Origin: an uncultured virus (IMG/VR IMGVR_UViG_3300046517_001837)
Taxonomy: Duplodnaviria; Heunggongvirae; Uroviricota; Caudoviricetes
Virus record (IMG/VR): IMGVR_UViG_3300046517_001837
DNA: 64,000 bases
Reading direction: 5' to 3' (one strand)
Positions 50,016 through 58,872 of the stretch are shown here, piece after piece. Below the pieces are notes generated by a model. It searched no databases. It was not told the DNA's origin and was given only the letters and a program-made list of their open reading frames with translations. The translations under genes were made by a program, and so were the position numbers. How positions within the stretch are numbered: the first letter of the stretch is position 1; every line of letters starts with the position of its first letter.

Positions 50016-50423
50016 CTAGACGGTATGCGTGCCTTCGACGCCTCGTGCCTCGCGCGCGCGCGTACGGTCGTGCAGCCGGCGCAGCGCGGCCTCGGTGCAC
50101 TCAAGCGCCTCGGCATTCTCCTGGCACGCGTAGGGGCTGCTCTGGAAGCCGCGCAGGCGGTCCGCCACGATGGCGAGCAGCACTTCATTCGTGATGCCGT
50201 TGACGCCCACTTCCTTGATTGGCCCGTTCTGGAAGCAGATCAGCGTGCAGACCAGCGACGGGGTGCCTTCGGGGGCATCGGGGGGCGCGATCGAACCCGG
50301 TGGGCCTTGATACAGGATCGTGTAGACGTGGCTCGCGTTCCCGTTCTTGGGGTTGCGCTCGTCAGCCTCGATCGTGATCTCATGGTTCGCTGCGTTGATT
50401 TGGTGCTCGGTGATCTCTGGCAT
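50016..50423 (-). CDS. tad1: Tad1-family anti-Thoeris signal sponge
   Basis: 'GNASHVY...FQNGPIKEVGVNGITNEVLLAIVADRLRGFQSSPYACQENAEALECTEAALRRLHDRTRAREARGVEGT' matches the recalled Tad1 consensus along its length. Confidence 0.85.
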   Translation of the reverse strand: MPEITEHQINAANHEITIEADERNPKNGNASHVYTILYQGPPGSIAPPDAPEGTPSLVCTLICFQNGPIKEVGVNGITNEVLLAIVADRLRGFQSSPYACQENAEALECTEAALRRLHDRTRAREARGVEGTHTV

Positions 50424-50449
50424 GGCGTGTCCTTCGCTTCGCTGGGGAT

Positions 50450-51007
50450 TCAGCGTTGGCCAGGGTACATCACCGCACCCGATCGATCCCGCCCCTGCGC
50501 GAGCTCGGTCAGCGTCACCTTCCAGTCGAACTGTTCGGGGCGCCGCACGGGCATGTCCTCGACCACGAACGGGCGCCGATCAGTCTTGCCGTCGCGCGCG
50601 TCGACAAACACTTCGATGAAGCCCTCTTCATTGGGAGGCAGCGGACGCCGGTGGAAGAGGTCGAGGATCTCATCCTCCGTCAGCTGAGGGTTGAGCTCGG
50701 TCAGCACCACCACGCCGCGCTCGACGTAGCCGCCGTCGCGCAGCTGGCGCTGCACCTTGGGCTCGACCTTCGGCCGTGGCAGAAACTCGCGCTCCCAGAC
50801 GCGCGTCACGTCGCCGCGCCCCGCCTGGTTGCCGTTCCAGCGCAGGCGCACCGAGAGCACGCGATAGGGACGCATTCCCAACGTCGTGTTGAGCTCGCGC
50901 GCGCTGTTCACCGTGCTCGCAAGCTGCTCGGCCAGCGAGCACGGGCCCGGGTCGACTACGACCGGCACAGCGGGAAGCAAGAGCCGCGGATTTCCGCTGT
51001 TATCCAC
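50450..51007 (-). CDS. Head closure protein
   Basis: Position in the neck module; beta-rich. Confidence 0.5.
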   Translation of the reverse strand: MDNSGNPRLLLPAVPVVVDPGPCSLAEQLASTVNSARELNTTLGMRPYRVLSVRLRWNGNQAGRGDVTRVWEREFLPRPKVEPKVQRQLRDGGYVERGVVVLTELNPQLTEDEILDLFHRRPLPPNEEGFIEVFVDARDGKTDRRPFVVEDMPVRRPEQFDWKVTLTELAQGRDRSGAVMYPGQR

Positions 51008-51017
51008 AGCATGCCCC

Positions 51018-51470
51018 CTAGGTGTTGGTAACGCGCATGCCGCCGTTGAAGGTCTGGCTATTCGGGTTCGGGAACACGCCCAGATCATCGGCGAGGATGC
51101 TGATCAAACGCCGACGCTCGGCCAGCAGCTTCGTGCGCCCGAGGCGCGCGTCGAAGGTAATGCCGCCCGTGCTGGTGACGCCGCCCCGCTTGTTGTCGGA
51201 GCGGATCAGGCACTCGACCTCATCCAAGTCGCACAGGTCTCGGCGCACCTGGTTACGCCCATCGGGGCTCAGACGCTTGAAGGCATCCTCGGTCACGTAG
51301 AGCGGCTGAATGGCCGCCGGGTAGCCGAAGGCAATCGCGGGCGCGAGCGCAAACCAGCGCGGGTAGCCTAGGAAGTGCAAGATCTTGGTCTTTTCCTCTT
51401 CGGAAAAGCCTCCGACGCTCAGCGCTTTCGCGAGTGCGGTCTCTTCTTGCTCGAGCGATGCATCCGCCAC
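51018..51470 (-). CDS. Head-tail adaptor
   Basis: Helical 150-aa protein 'FSEEEKTKILHFLGYP', downstream of the capsid gene. Confidence 0.55.
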   Translation of the reverse strand: MADASLEQEETALAKALSVGGFSEEEKTKILHFLGYPRWFALAPAIAFGYPAAIQPLYVTEDAFKRLSPDGRNQVRRDLCDLDEVECLIRSDNKRGGVTSTGGITFDARLGRTKLLAERRRLISILADDLGVFPNPNSQTFNGGMRVTNT

Positions 51471-51483
51471 GTCAGGCAGCCTA

Positions 51484-52197
51484 TCACGGCAGGATGAGCT
51501 CGGGAGCCTCGCAAGGTTCCAACTGCACCCCCTGCTTCTGCAAGTGCTCGGGGTCGTAGCTGCGATTCGTGAGGATCTGCCCCGCCTTGAGCGTGGTCAA
51601 AAATCCGTCGCTCATGAAGCGCACCTCGCGCACCACGCGGTAATGACGCAGGTCGGGTTCATCGCGCTTGATGGGCTCGAGCGGGCGATTCTGCTCGTTC
51701 ACCACCGACACAGGGGCGGACACCGGGAGCACTTCGGGCTGTTTGATGTCGAAGTCTTCGGGGTTCACGGGCTCGGCCGGGGGTTGCTCGGCGCGTGCGT
51801 TCGGGTCCACGGCGGGCTCGTCGGCGCGCGCGCGCAGCTTGGCCAGCACATCGAGGGCCTCGGCCTCGCTCTGTGGGTTCGCTTCCTTGAGCGCAAGCGC
51901 CTCTTCCGTGGTCAACACGGGGGCGGCATCGGGCGCGAACTGGCCGCCCGATGGATCCGTCTGGGATCCCTCGGCTCCGAAAGGGATCCGATCGGGATCC
52001 GTTTCGAGGGCGGTCACGAGCGGATCGGGAGCGCTCGCCGCGGGCTCTGCCGGCGCTTGCTCAGGTTCGGGCTCGGGCGCCTCGGCTTCCTCGGCGTCTG
52101 AGCCCTCTTCGGACTCGCCCTCGGCTTCCTCGGCGTGCGGTTCGGTGGGGTCGCCAACGGCGACCGTGCTCGACTGCTTTGGCTTCTTTTTGCTCAT
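51484..52197 (-). CDS. Acidic low-complexity protein after the capsid gene
   Basis: E/P/A-rich N-terminus and small C-terminal domain. Confidence 0.6.
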   Translation of the reverse strand: MSKKKPKQSSTVAVGDPTEPHAEEAEGESEEGSDAEEAEAPEPEPEQAPAEPAASAPDPLVTALETDPDRIPFGAEGSQTDPSGGQFAPDAAPVLTTEEALALKEANPQSEAEALDVLAKLRARADEPAVDPNARAEQPPAEPVNPEDFDIKQPEVLPVSAPVSVVNEQNRPLEPIKRDEPDLRHYRVVREVRFMSDGFLTTLKAGQILTNRSYDPEHLQKQGVQLEPCEAPELILP

Positions 52198-52368
52198 GCC
52201 GCGCACCATACCGCTGGGCCGCATGAAAAAAAACCGGCCAGGGTCCCCCCCGGTCTTCCGCGCGAAGCCATTACGGGTAAGACCCTGGCCGTGCCAGCGG
52301 TGACGGGCGCGTCACGAGAGCGAAGGACATCCCCCCCGCTTCGCGCACGCCACCGCGTGCGCCTTGGG

Positions 52369-53748
52369 TTAGCCCGCGTGCTCGATAACCAGCGCGCGCT
52401 TGAACATCGCGCCGTTGCCGGAAAGCAAGTCCGTGGGCACCGCGAATCCGCCCGACCACGACCACGCGTGATCGACGATCTGCTGCAGCACATCGAGCGG
52501 CGCGCGGATGGTGTACCGAATGCGATCGGTCAGCACCGTCACGCCGTTGTTCGTCACCTGGAAGTTGCCCACCTTGCCCATGATCCCTGCCTCGGTGATG
52601 TAGTCGGACTCGGGGATGTAGTGCTCGTAGATCGAGCCACCACCCGTGATGATCGTGCGGCCGATCGGCGTGCCGCCGTCGTTGATGACTTCCGCGCCGA
52701 TGTACGGGGCCGCGCGCGCGCTGCCCGAGGGCTCAGCGAACAGGGTCCCGACGTTGAACTGATTCGGGCACTCCGTGTTGCTGTAGAAGTAGCAAGCGAA
52801 GTTGGCGCCGATGGCCATCGACCGGTAGGGCATCGCGTCCGGGATCGATTGGTAGATGCGCTGCCATGCGTTGTCCTGCATGAGCTGCGCCTCACCCGCT
52901 TGCGGGATATGCACGTGATACATGCCGTCCGCGTGCGGGGGCACGTTCTGCGAGCGCAGCAGCGCCACCGCCTGGGTGATGTCGTTGAGCGTGAGCAGCG
53001 AAGTGCCCGAGAGCGCGTCCACCGTCGCCACGTTGCCGGCGCGCAGGATGCGCGCGCGCTGAAGTGCGCGCACGCGCGAGCGCGCCGCCAAGTTGGCGCC
53101 CAGGTTCGCAGACAGGGTCAGCGTGCCGGGGCCGTTCGGGAAGTCGGTGTTGTCGGGAGTCGCCGCCACCACGTTGGCCGCGATATTGGTGTTTCCGAGC
53201 TCGACCGCGATGGGGGCCGCGGGCGAGACGGGCACCAGCTGGCCGAGCAGCACGCGCTGCCGGAAGCCGTTGATGCTCGCGACCCGGATCGCTGCCGTGC
53301 CGCTGCTGGCCAGCACCATCGACATGGTGTCGCCAGACAGATAGGCGGTGAAGAGCTCGTTCCGCGTGACGCGGTTCATGGTGTCGCCCGCGAGCTCGCC
53401 CAGCTTCTGGGTGTCCTGCGAGAACTTGCTGGCGATCTGCACGCGGCTCTGCGGCATGTAGGTCTGCATGCCGTCGCCGCGCTGCACGGCCTCGACGCGC
53501 CATTGCTCCGTGCCGTAGGTGCGTACCGTCGGGTCCTGGCCGGGCGTGAGCGGCGTCATGTTGGGTTCCATGCGGCCCGTACGCGTGAAGATCTGCGCTT
53601 CGCCGATGTTGGCCGCCCAGCGGAAGGACTCGACGTCGGCGCGGAAGAGCAGCCGCGGGTAGAGCGCTTCGTAAAACGTACGCACCAGGGCGTTCTGCTG
53701 GATGATATTCGCGAGCTCGGGTCGAAACCCTACGAGTGAAACAGTCAT
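52369..53748 (-). CDS. Major capsid protein (HK97 fold, N4-gp56-like)
   Basis: 459 aa after the scaffold; 'GEAQIFTR...TPLTPG', 'DITQAVALLRSQNVP...YHVHI' and 'PLDVLQQ...WSW'. Confidence 0.88.
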   Translation of the reverse strand: MTVSLVGFRPELANIIQQNALVRTFYEALYPRLLFRADVESFRWAANIGEAQIFTRTGRMEPNMTPLTPGQDPTVRTYGTEQWRVEAVQRGDGMQTYMPQSRVQIASKFSQDTQKLGELAGDTMNRVTRNELFTAYLSGDTMSMVLASSGTAAIRVASINGFRQRVLLGQLVPVSPAAPIAVELGNTNIAANVVAATPDNTDFPNGPGTLTLSANLGANLAARSRVRALQRARILRAGNVATVDALSGTSLLTLNDITQAVALLRSQNVPPHADGMYHVHIPQAGEAQLMQDNAWQRIYQSIPDAMPYRSMAIGANFACYFYSNTECPNQFNVGTLFAEPSGSARAAPYIGAEVINDGGTPIGRTIITGGGSIYEHYIPESDYITEAGIMGKVGNFQVTNNGVTVLTDRIRYTIRAPLDVLQQIVDHAWSWSGGFAVPTDLLSGNGAMFKRALVIEHAG

Positions 53749-53869
53749 GGGAAAAGGCCTCCGAAAAATCGGTGGGGTTCTTCCCGCCTGTTCGCCCGTT
53801 GACCGCTCGGCGTCGCGTGGTGGCGGTGCCGCGAAGTGGTGCGGCTATGTTTGTGTCGCAAGTATGATC

Positions 53870-53909
53870 AAAAAAAACGGGCCGCGTGAAGGTTTTTCAC
53901 GCGGCCCGT
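53870..53909 (-). terminator. Intrinsic terminator between scaffold and capsid genes
   Basis: 14-bp stem ACGGGCCGCGTGAA/TTCACGCGGCCCGT plus a T-run on the minus strand. Confidence 0.8.
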
Positions 53910-53964
53910 CTCACCCGTTACCCCAAAGAGCCCACCCAGGGCGCCTCAGCACGCTTGCAGCCTA

Positions 53965-54639
53965 TCAGCGAATGCCCTGCTGCGCCTGGTAGTCCGACCA
54001 TTCCTGAGCGGTCATCTCGAGACAGTTCTTGCTCGCGGGTGGCGTAGGAGCTGGCGCAGGCGCGGGCGCGCCCGGATTGGTGGGCGGCACTGGCACCGGC
54101 ACGGTCGGCACGGGCGCGGCGCCCAGCGTGGCGCGGTTCTCGGGCGTGGCTAGCAGCCCGTCCAGCAGCTTCCCAAAGTCGGCGTCCTTGGCCTCGCCGC
54201 GCAGGAGAAAGTCGGCGTAATCGACCTGCTTGATCCCGCGCGCAGCGGCCGCAGACAGCAGCGCGCTACGGCGCTCGTGCGCATCCGAGCGTGCAGTCGC
54301 CGTGCGGTTCGCAGCCTCTGCCCGCTCAGCGCGCTCTCGCTCGCGCTGCGTCTCGGTCAGGCTGGCCTGACGCGCGGTCTCGGCTTGCCGTTCCATCTCG
54401 GTCAGAGCCGCAATGCGGGCCGTCGCTTCCTCGGCCGTCTCGACGCCCAGGTGCCGCTTCAGGATCGTGCGCTCATGTTGGGCGAGCCGCATGGGCAGCC
54501 AGTTCGGATCAGTCTGGTCGGTCGGCGCGGGTGCGGGCGGCGCGGGTGCGGGCGGCGCAGGTGCCGGCGCAGGTGCCGGCGCGGGTGCGGGCGCAGGTGC
54601 CGGCGCAGGCGGTGTAGGAGCAGGCGCGGGTAGTGTCAT
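53965..54639 (-). CDS. Capsid scaffolding protein
   Basis: Pro-Ala repeat N-terminus and coiled coil; directly upstream of the capsid gene. Confidence 0.75.
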   Translation of the reverse strand: MTLPAPAPTPPAPAPAPAPAPAPAPAPAPPAPAPPAPAPTDQTDPNWLPMRLAQHERTILKRHLGVETAEEATARIAALTEMERQAETARQASLTETQRERERAERAEAANRTATARSDAHERRSALLSAAAARGIKQVDYADFLLRGEAKDADFGKLLDGLLATPENRATLGAAPVPTVPVPVPPTNPGAPAPAPAPTPPASKNCLEMTAQEWSDYQAQQGIR

Positions 54640-54698
54640 GGTGGTTTGTCCTTCGCTGTGATGGGTTCTGGTCGTTGTGCTGCGTAGGTGCGCGGGTG

Positions 54699-54756
54699 AA
54701 AAAACGGGCCCCTCGTTTGCGCCCCTAGGAACGCACCCGAGGGGCCCTCGCTTTTT
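54699..54756. terminator. Bidirectional terminator-like hairpin
   Basis: A6-C-GGGCCCCTCG...CGAGGGGCCC-TCGC-T5. Confidence 0.6.
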
Positions 54757-54774
54757 AGGTCAGCTTTTCGGCGC

Positions 54775-55443
54775 TCAGGTGAGGTTGGTATCAGCGTTCA
54801 GCGCCGTGCCATTGGTCAAGCCAGTCCCGGTGCCGACGCCGGGAAGGGCGATATAGCGGACCGTCGCGCGCGTCACCGCGTCGGCGACCGCAAAGGCGAT
54901 CTTGGTCTCGTCATTCGTGGCGGTGCCGGCGATTGCCGCCTGACCCGTAGCCGGCGCGCTCGAGCTGCGCTTGATGGGCGTGAGCGCGCCCGTCAGGGTG
55001 CCCGTCACGGAAATGGCGCTGATAAGCACCTGGGCGCGGCGCGAGCCGAGCAACGTGCCGAAGTTCGTGGTCACGTCGATCGTCTCTTCGAAGATCAGCA
55101 GGTCGCCCTGGTAAGGCACGTAGATCACGGTGCAGGCCGTGATCGCGTCGGCCGCGGCGAACGTGATATCTCCGGCGCCGTTGATGCTGACCTGCCCGGT
55201 GGTGGGCGTCGCGTTCGAGCCGACGGCAAGGGGCGTGAGCCAGCCATTGAAAGTGCCCGTCGCATAGATCGCGACGATGCTTGCTGCCTTGGCGTTCTCC
55301 GGCAACACCATCTTGTCGCTGGCGACCACGCCGAAGCGCGTGCGCGTGATCGTAGCGAGCTGCTGCCCGATCAGCCCCTCTTTGAGCAGGGCCGGGATCG
55401 AGTTGGGGTTGCCGTTGGCGAGAGCCTGACGAACGGTGGTCAT
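54775..55443 (-). CDS. Putative head decoration/structural protein with internal duplication
   Basis: Two repeats ('PTTGQVSI...ITFAAADAITACTVIY' and 'PATGQAAI...IAFAVADAVTRATVRY'). Confidence 0.55.
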   Translation of the reverse strand: MTTVRQALANGNPNSIPALLKEGLIGQQLATITRTRFGVVASDKMVLPENAKAASIVAIYATGTFNGWLTPLAVGSNATPTTGQVSINGAGDITFAAADAITACTVIYVPYQGDLLIFEETIDVTTNFGTLLGSRRAQVLISAISVTGTLTGALTPIKRSSSAPATGQAAIAGTATNDETKIAFAVADAVTRATVRYIALPGVGTGTGLTNGTALNADTNLT

Positions 55444-55502
55444 GGAAAAGCCTTTCTCGTGCGCGAGCACGATGGGGCCCGCGTGGCGCGAGTCTACGTG
55501 TC

Positions 55503-56204
55503 TTACACGCCCGCTGCCAAGACACTGAGCGCGCTCGAGCCGCTCACCTCAAGGCGCGTCACCGCGTTCGGGTTGCGCCCGAACTGTTGGATCAAGAGCC
55601 CAGAGACCGGAACATCAGCCCCCGTTCCCACCTGCGCCGCTACCGTGTCGAGCCCGAGATCGTCCGCCGCCGTGCCCGTAAACACGCTCAGCGAGCCTTG
55701 GCTGCCCGTCTTCTTGCCCGAGATCAGCACCTGGCCAAGCGTCGTCACGCTCGCCGGCAGGTAGGCGCAGCCTGCGAGCATGGCCGCGGCGTTGATGCGC
55801 GCCGCCACCTTGAGCGCCGAATCGTCGCCCGTCACAAAGGCAACGCTGACCGCGATACCGTCGACCGTGAAGAGCAGCGTCAGGGCATTGAGGCCCGAGA
55901 TCGGAAAGACGGCGCTCGACGTCGCGCGCGCCGGCACGCCGTTGACGCGCAGCGTGATCGGGGCCTGCGAGCGCAGCGCGAGAAACTCGATCTGCGTGAA
56001 CGAGCCCGGCGCCAGCAGGTCAGCGAACTCGCCCGGCAGGGTTTGGATCGTGATGTCCGCCTGCCTGACCTGGGAATAGGTCTCGGTGCCGCATTGCCCA
56101 AAGGTCAGGTCCCACGGGCACCCGCTCGGCGCCGCGCCTGCGCAGCCATCGGCGCAGCCGGACCCGACGAGCAGGTAGCCCTTTACCGAAAGCTGTTGGC
56201 TCAT
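55503..56204 (-). CDS. Putative structural protein sharing a domain with the sheath insertion
   Basis: 'VAFVTGDDSALKVAARINAA...ISGKKTGSQGSL' resembles sheath 'VTFAASDQTAAAVVSRINAA...IKGLQKGTGGSL'. Confidence 0.55.
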   Translation of the reverse strand: MSQQLSVKGYLLVGSGCADGCAGAAPSGCPWDLTFGQCGTETYSQVRQADITIQTLPGEFADLLAPGSFTQIEFLALRSQAPITLRVNGVPARATSSAVFPISGLNALTLLFTVDGIAVSVAFVTGDDSALKVAARINAAAMLAGCAYLPASVTTLGQVLISGKKTGSQGSLSVFTGTAADDLGLDTVAAQVGTGADVPVSGLLIQQFGRNPNAVTRLEVSGSSALSVLAAGV

Positions 56205-56494
56205 TTGGCGGGCGTCTTCCCCGAGCCATAGGTGGGATCCATGTACGCGGGCGTGAGCTTCTTGCCCTCTTCGTACACGACCTGACCGAGGCGCGTGTTG
56301 CTGCCCCCCGAGACGCTCGGCCCGATGCCGTCGGCGAGACTCTCACCGCCCTCGCCGGGCGCGCTCTTGCCGATGACTGGGGGCGGCGTGACGGCCACGG
56401 GGACTGCGGAACCGCGAGAGCTGCCGGATGCGGGATTGGCCATTGGGTGACTCCTTTCGGGGGAGTCTAGGCCATTCCCGGGGCAGCCGTCACG

Positions 56495-57049
56495 CTACGT
56501 CGAGAGCGCGCTTCGTAGCCGTGTACGAACAAGTACGCCCACCAGCATGGGCGCGGGTGGGCGGTACAGGGCGGCGCATTCACCGATTACGAAGCTCGTG
56601 TCGGTCTGCGCTCGGATCTCGACGGTATTGGCCCCGTAGCCTTCCCAGAGCTCGCCGCGTAGGTGGTCGCGGTCCGGGTCGCCATCGGCACAGTTGGCGA
56701 TCGCGTGGATCCACTCGTGCACGCTGCTGTCGACCAGCTGAATATCCGGGCGGCCATCGAGCAAGTAGATCGTACGTTCCTCGACCTCGGTGCAGCCGGT
56801 GGTGAGCTCGTCGGGGCCTCGATCGAGCGCACACGGAATGTCGGCTTCGGCCGATAGCTGGATCGTGTACTCGCGGTCGAGCGTGTCGCAGCCGTCGGGC
56901 ACCCGCCCCACCTGGTCGGTCCATGCGTTGAGCGTTGCCACGTAGCTGCGATAGCAGGCGCCGAACACGTGTTGTTCCGTGTCGGGCTTGGGCGTCGAAT
57001 CGCAGGCGTAGAGCAGGAGCAAGGCGATCAGCGGGATGAGGTATCTCAT
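56495..57049 (-). CDS. Lipoprotein with HExxH zinc-metallopeptidase motif
   Basis: Signal peptide with lipobox LYAC; 'SVHEWIHAI'. Confidence 0.7.
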   Translation of the reverse strand: MRYLIPLIALLLLYACDSTPKPDTEQHVFGACYRSYVATLNAWTDQVGRVPDGCDTLDREYTIQLSAEADIPCALDRGPDELTTGCTEVEERTIYLLDGRPDIQLVDSSVHEWIHAIANCADGDPDRDHLRGELWEGYGANTVEIRAQTDTSFVIGECAALYRPPAPMLVGVLVRTRLRSALST

Positions 57050-57355
57050 GCGCGTAGGAGATCACAGCTCCCTGCGCGCTTCAATGGAAGATGTCGCGAA
57101 AGAAGCGCGATACCAGCCCGTGAAGAACTGACAGGAACTCTGACCAGCTGAGCCTGCACCCCGCGCGCCGCCCGTGGACGTGGCTGAAGTCGATCGTTCC
57201 TTCGCCATCGCCCTTCGGGAAAGCCCATATGATCACCACGCGCTCACCCTCGCGCAGCGCCTTTTCGAAGTCGGCGCGCAAGCTGGCTTCGTCGCCGTCG
57301 CCGTCCTCATCCTTTTGCCAGGGGCGATCTTCCGGCTTTAGCTCGCGGAGATTCG

Positions 57356-57982
57356 TCACAGCAGCATCCCTTGCGCGAGCTGGCCGCGCGCGAGCTCGCA
57401 ATACGCCGGGTTGATGTCCCAGCCTTCCGCGTCTCGGTGGTGGTTCTTGGCGGCTACGAGCGTGGTGCCCGAGCCGCAGAATGGATCCAGCACAAGCTCG
57501 CCCGGCAGCGAAAACCAGCGCACGAGCCAGCGCACGTGGCCGATCGAGCGCGGGCATGGGTGCCCGATCCGGCCTCGACCCATGCGGCCACCGTCGATCG
57601 TCTTGCCGGGCACAACGCGTGTTCCCTCGGGATAGCGCTCGCGCCCGTAGACATAGGCGAGATCGCTGCCCACAAGCACCGTGCCGCGCTTCGACGGTAC
57701 GTAGTACTCGAGCCAGCACGTGCGCCAGAAAGGCCAGTAGCTGGGCACTGCGCTGAGAAAGCGCGGATCAGTGCCGCACCCGACGTGCAGCACGACGTGC
57801 GAGACCTTTCCCACCAGGTGACCAAGCGTGTCGTGTAGGAGCTTGCCGGCGTCCACGCCTGGAAAGAACTTGGCGCCGCGGTTCGGCCACACGGGATCGG
57901 TGATCACCACCGTCGGCTGCGTGGGCTGGAAGGCGCGCGCGAGCTCGATCGCGTCGCCGCACACGACGGTTTGCCCGCTCAT
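57356..57982 (-). CDS. N6/N4 DNA methyltransferase
   Basis: 'VITDPVW' (DPPY variant), 'HPCPR' and 'VLDPFCGSGTT'. Confidence 0.85.
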   Translation of the reverse strand: MSGQTVVCGDAIELARAFQPTQPTVVITDPVWPNRGAKFFPGVDAGKLLHDTLGHLVGKVSHVVLHVGCGTDPRFLSAVPSYWPFWRTCWLEYYVPSKRGTVLVGSDLAYVYGRERYPEGTRVVPGKTIDGGRMGRGRIGHPCPRSIGHVRWLVRWFSLPGELVLDPFCGSGTTLVAAKNHHRDAEGWDINPAYCELARGQLAQGMLL

Positions 57983-58872
57983 GCGCGCTCGTCTTGAACG
58001 TACTTGAGCGCGCGATCGATCTGCTCGTCACTACAGAGCTTCCCCACGCGCATTGCCGCGAGCCCGCTCCATAGGAGCGCGGCGATCAGGCCGTTCTCGC
58101 CGGGGTCGTACAGCGCAGACAAGGCATAGGTGAGAGCTTCGCGCGCCTGCTCTCGCGCGCGATCTCTCAGAACCCGTGACATCAAGGCCATTCGCCGGGC
58201 TCGTAGCTGTCGCAGCGTCCTAGGTCGACCTTGTGACGCGAGCAGCCGCACGGGTAAAGCTGCGGCCGCTTGGGCGCTTCACCACCCGACAGCTGCGCAA
58301 GACGCTCGAGCGTCATCACGTGCAGCGCCGCCGACTTCACGACGTCTTTGCTCGCCATGACCGAGCCCGGCACGCGCTGTGCGGCGCGCTCCATGTCGTC
58401 GCGCGCGCCTTCTCTCAAGACGCGGCCCTTGGTCGTGTCGTCGTCGAGGGTGAGCACGAGCACGAGGAAATGGACGCTCACCTGAACATCCCCTTTGCGC
58501 GCACACACCACGCGACATCGTCCACGTTCACCATCTTCGCCGTATCTGCGATCAAGGTGGAGTCGAAGCCGCCCTTCTCCCTGAGCACAAGCACTGCCTC
58601 GCCAGCCATGTAGAGACCGTGAGGCCCAAAGTCGGCTTCGAAAAAGCTCTGCCGCCGCGCCTCGTGCTTCATCTGCCCGAAGAACGAGAGCCCGTTGCCG
58701 TCCAGAAGACACACGAAGTAGATGCCTGTGACGGTGCGCGGCGAGATCCACGCGCGCAGGGCAAGGAATCGTGCGCCGGGGAGCGTCGGTTTCGTGTGTC
58801 CAACGCTCCACACCGGCGGCGCACTCCACAACGAAGACTCAAACAGCTGCCTTTCGATGTTCGCTACGTCCA

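Noticed and set aside
54520..54632. Tandem GGCGCAGGTGCC-type repeats
   Set aside because: They simply encode the Pro-Ala linker of the scaffold protein
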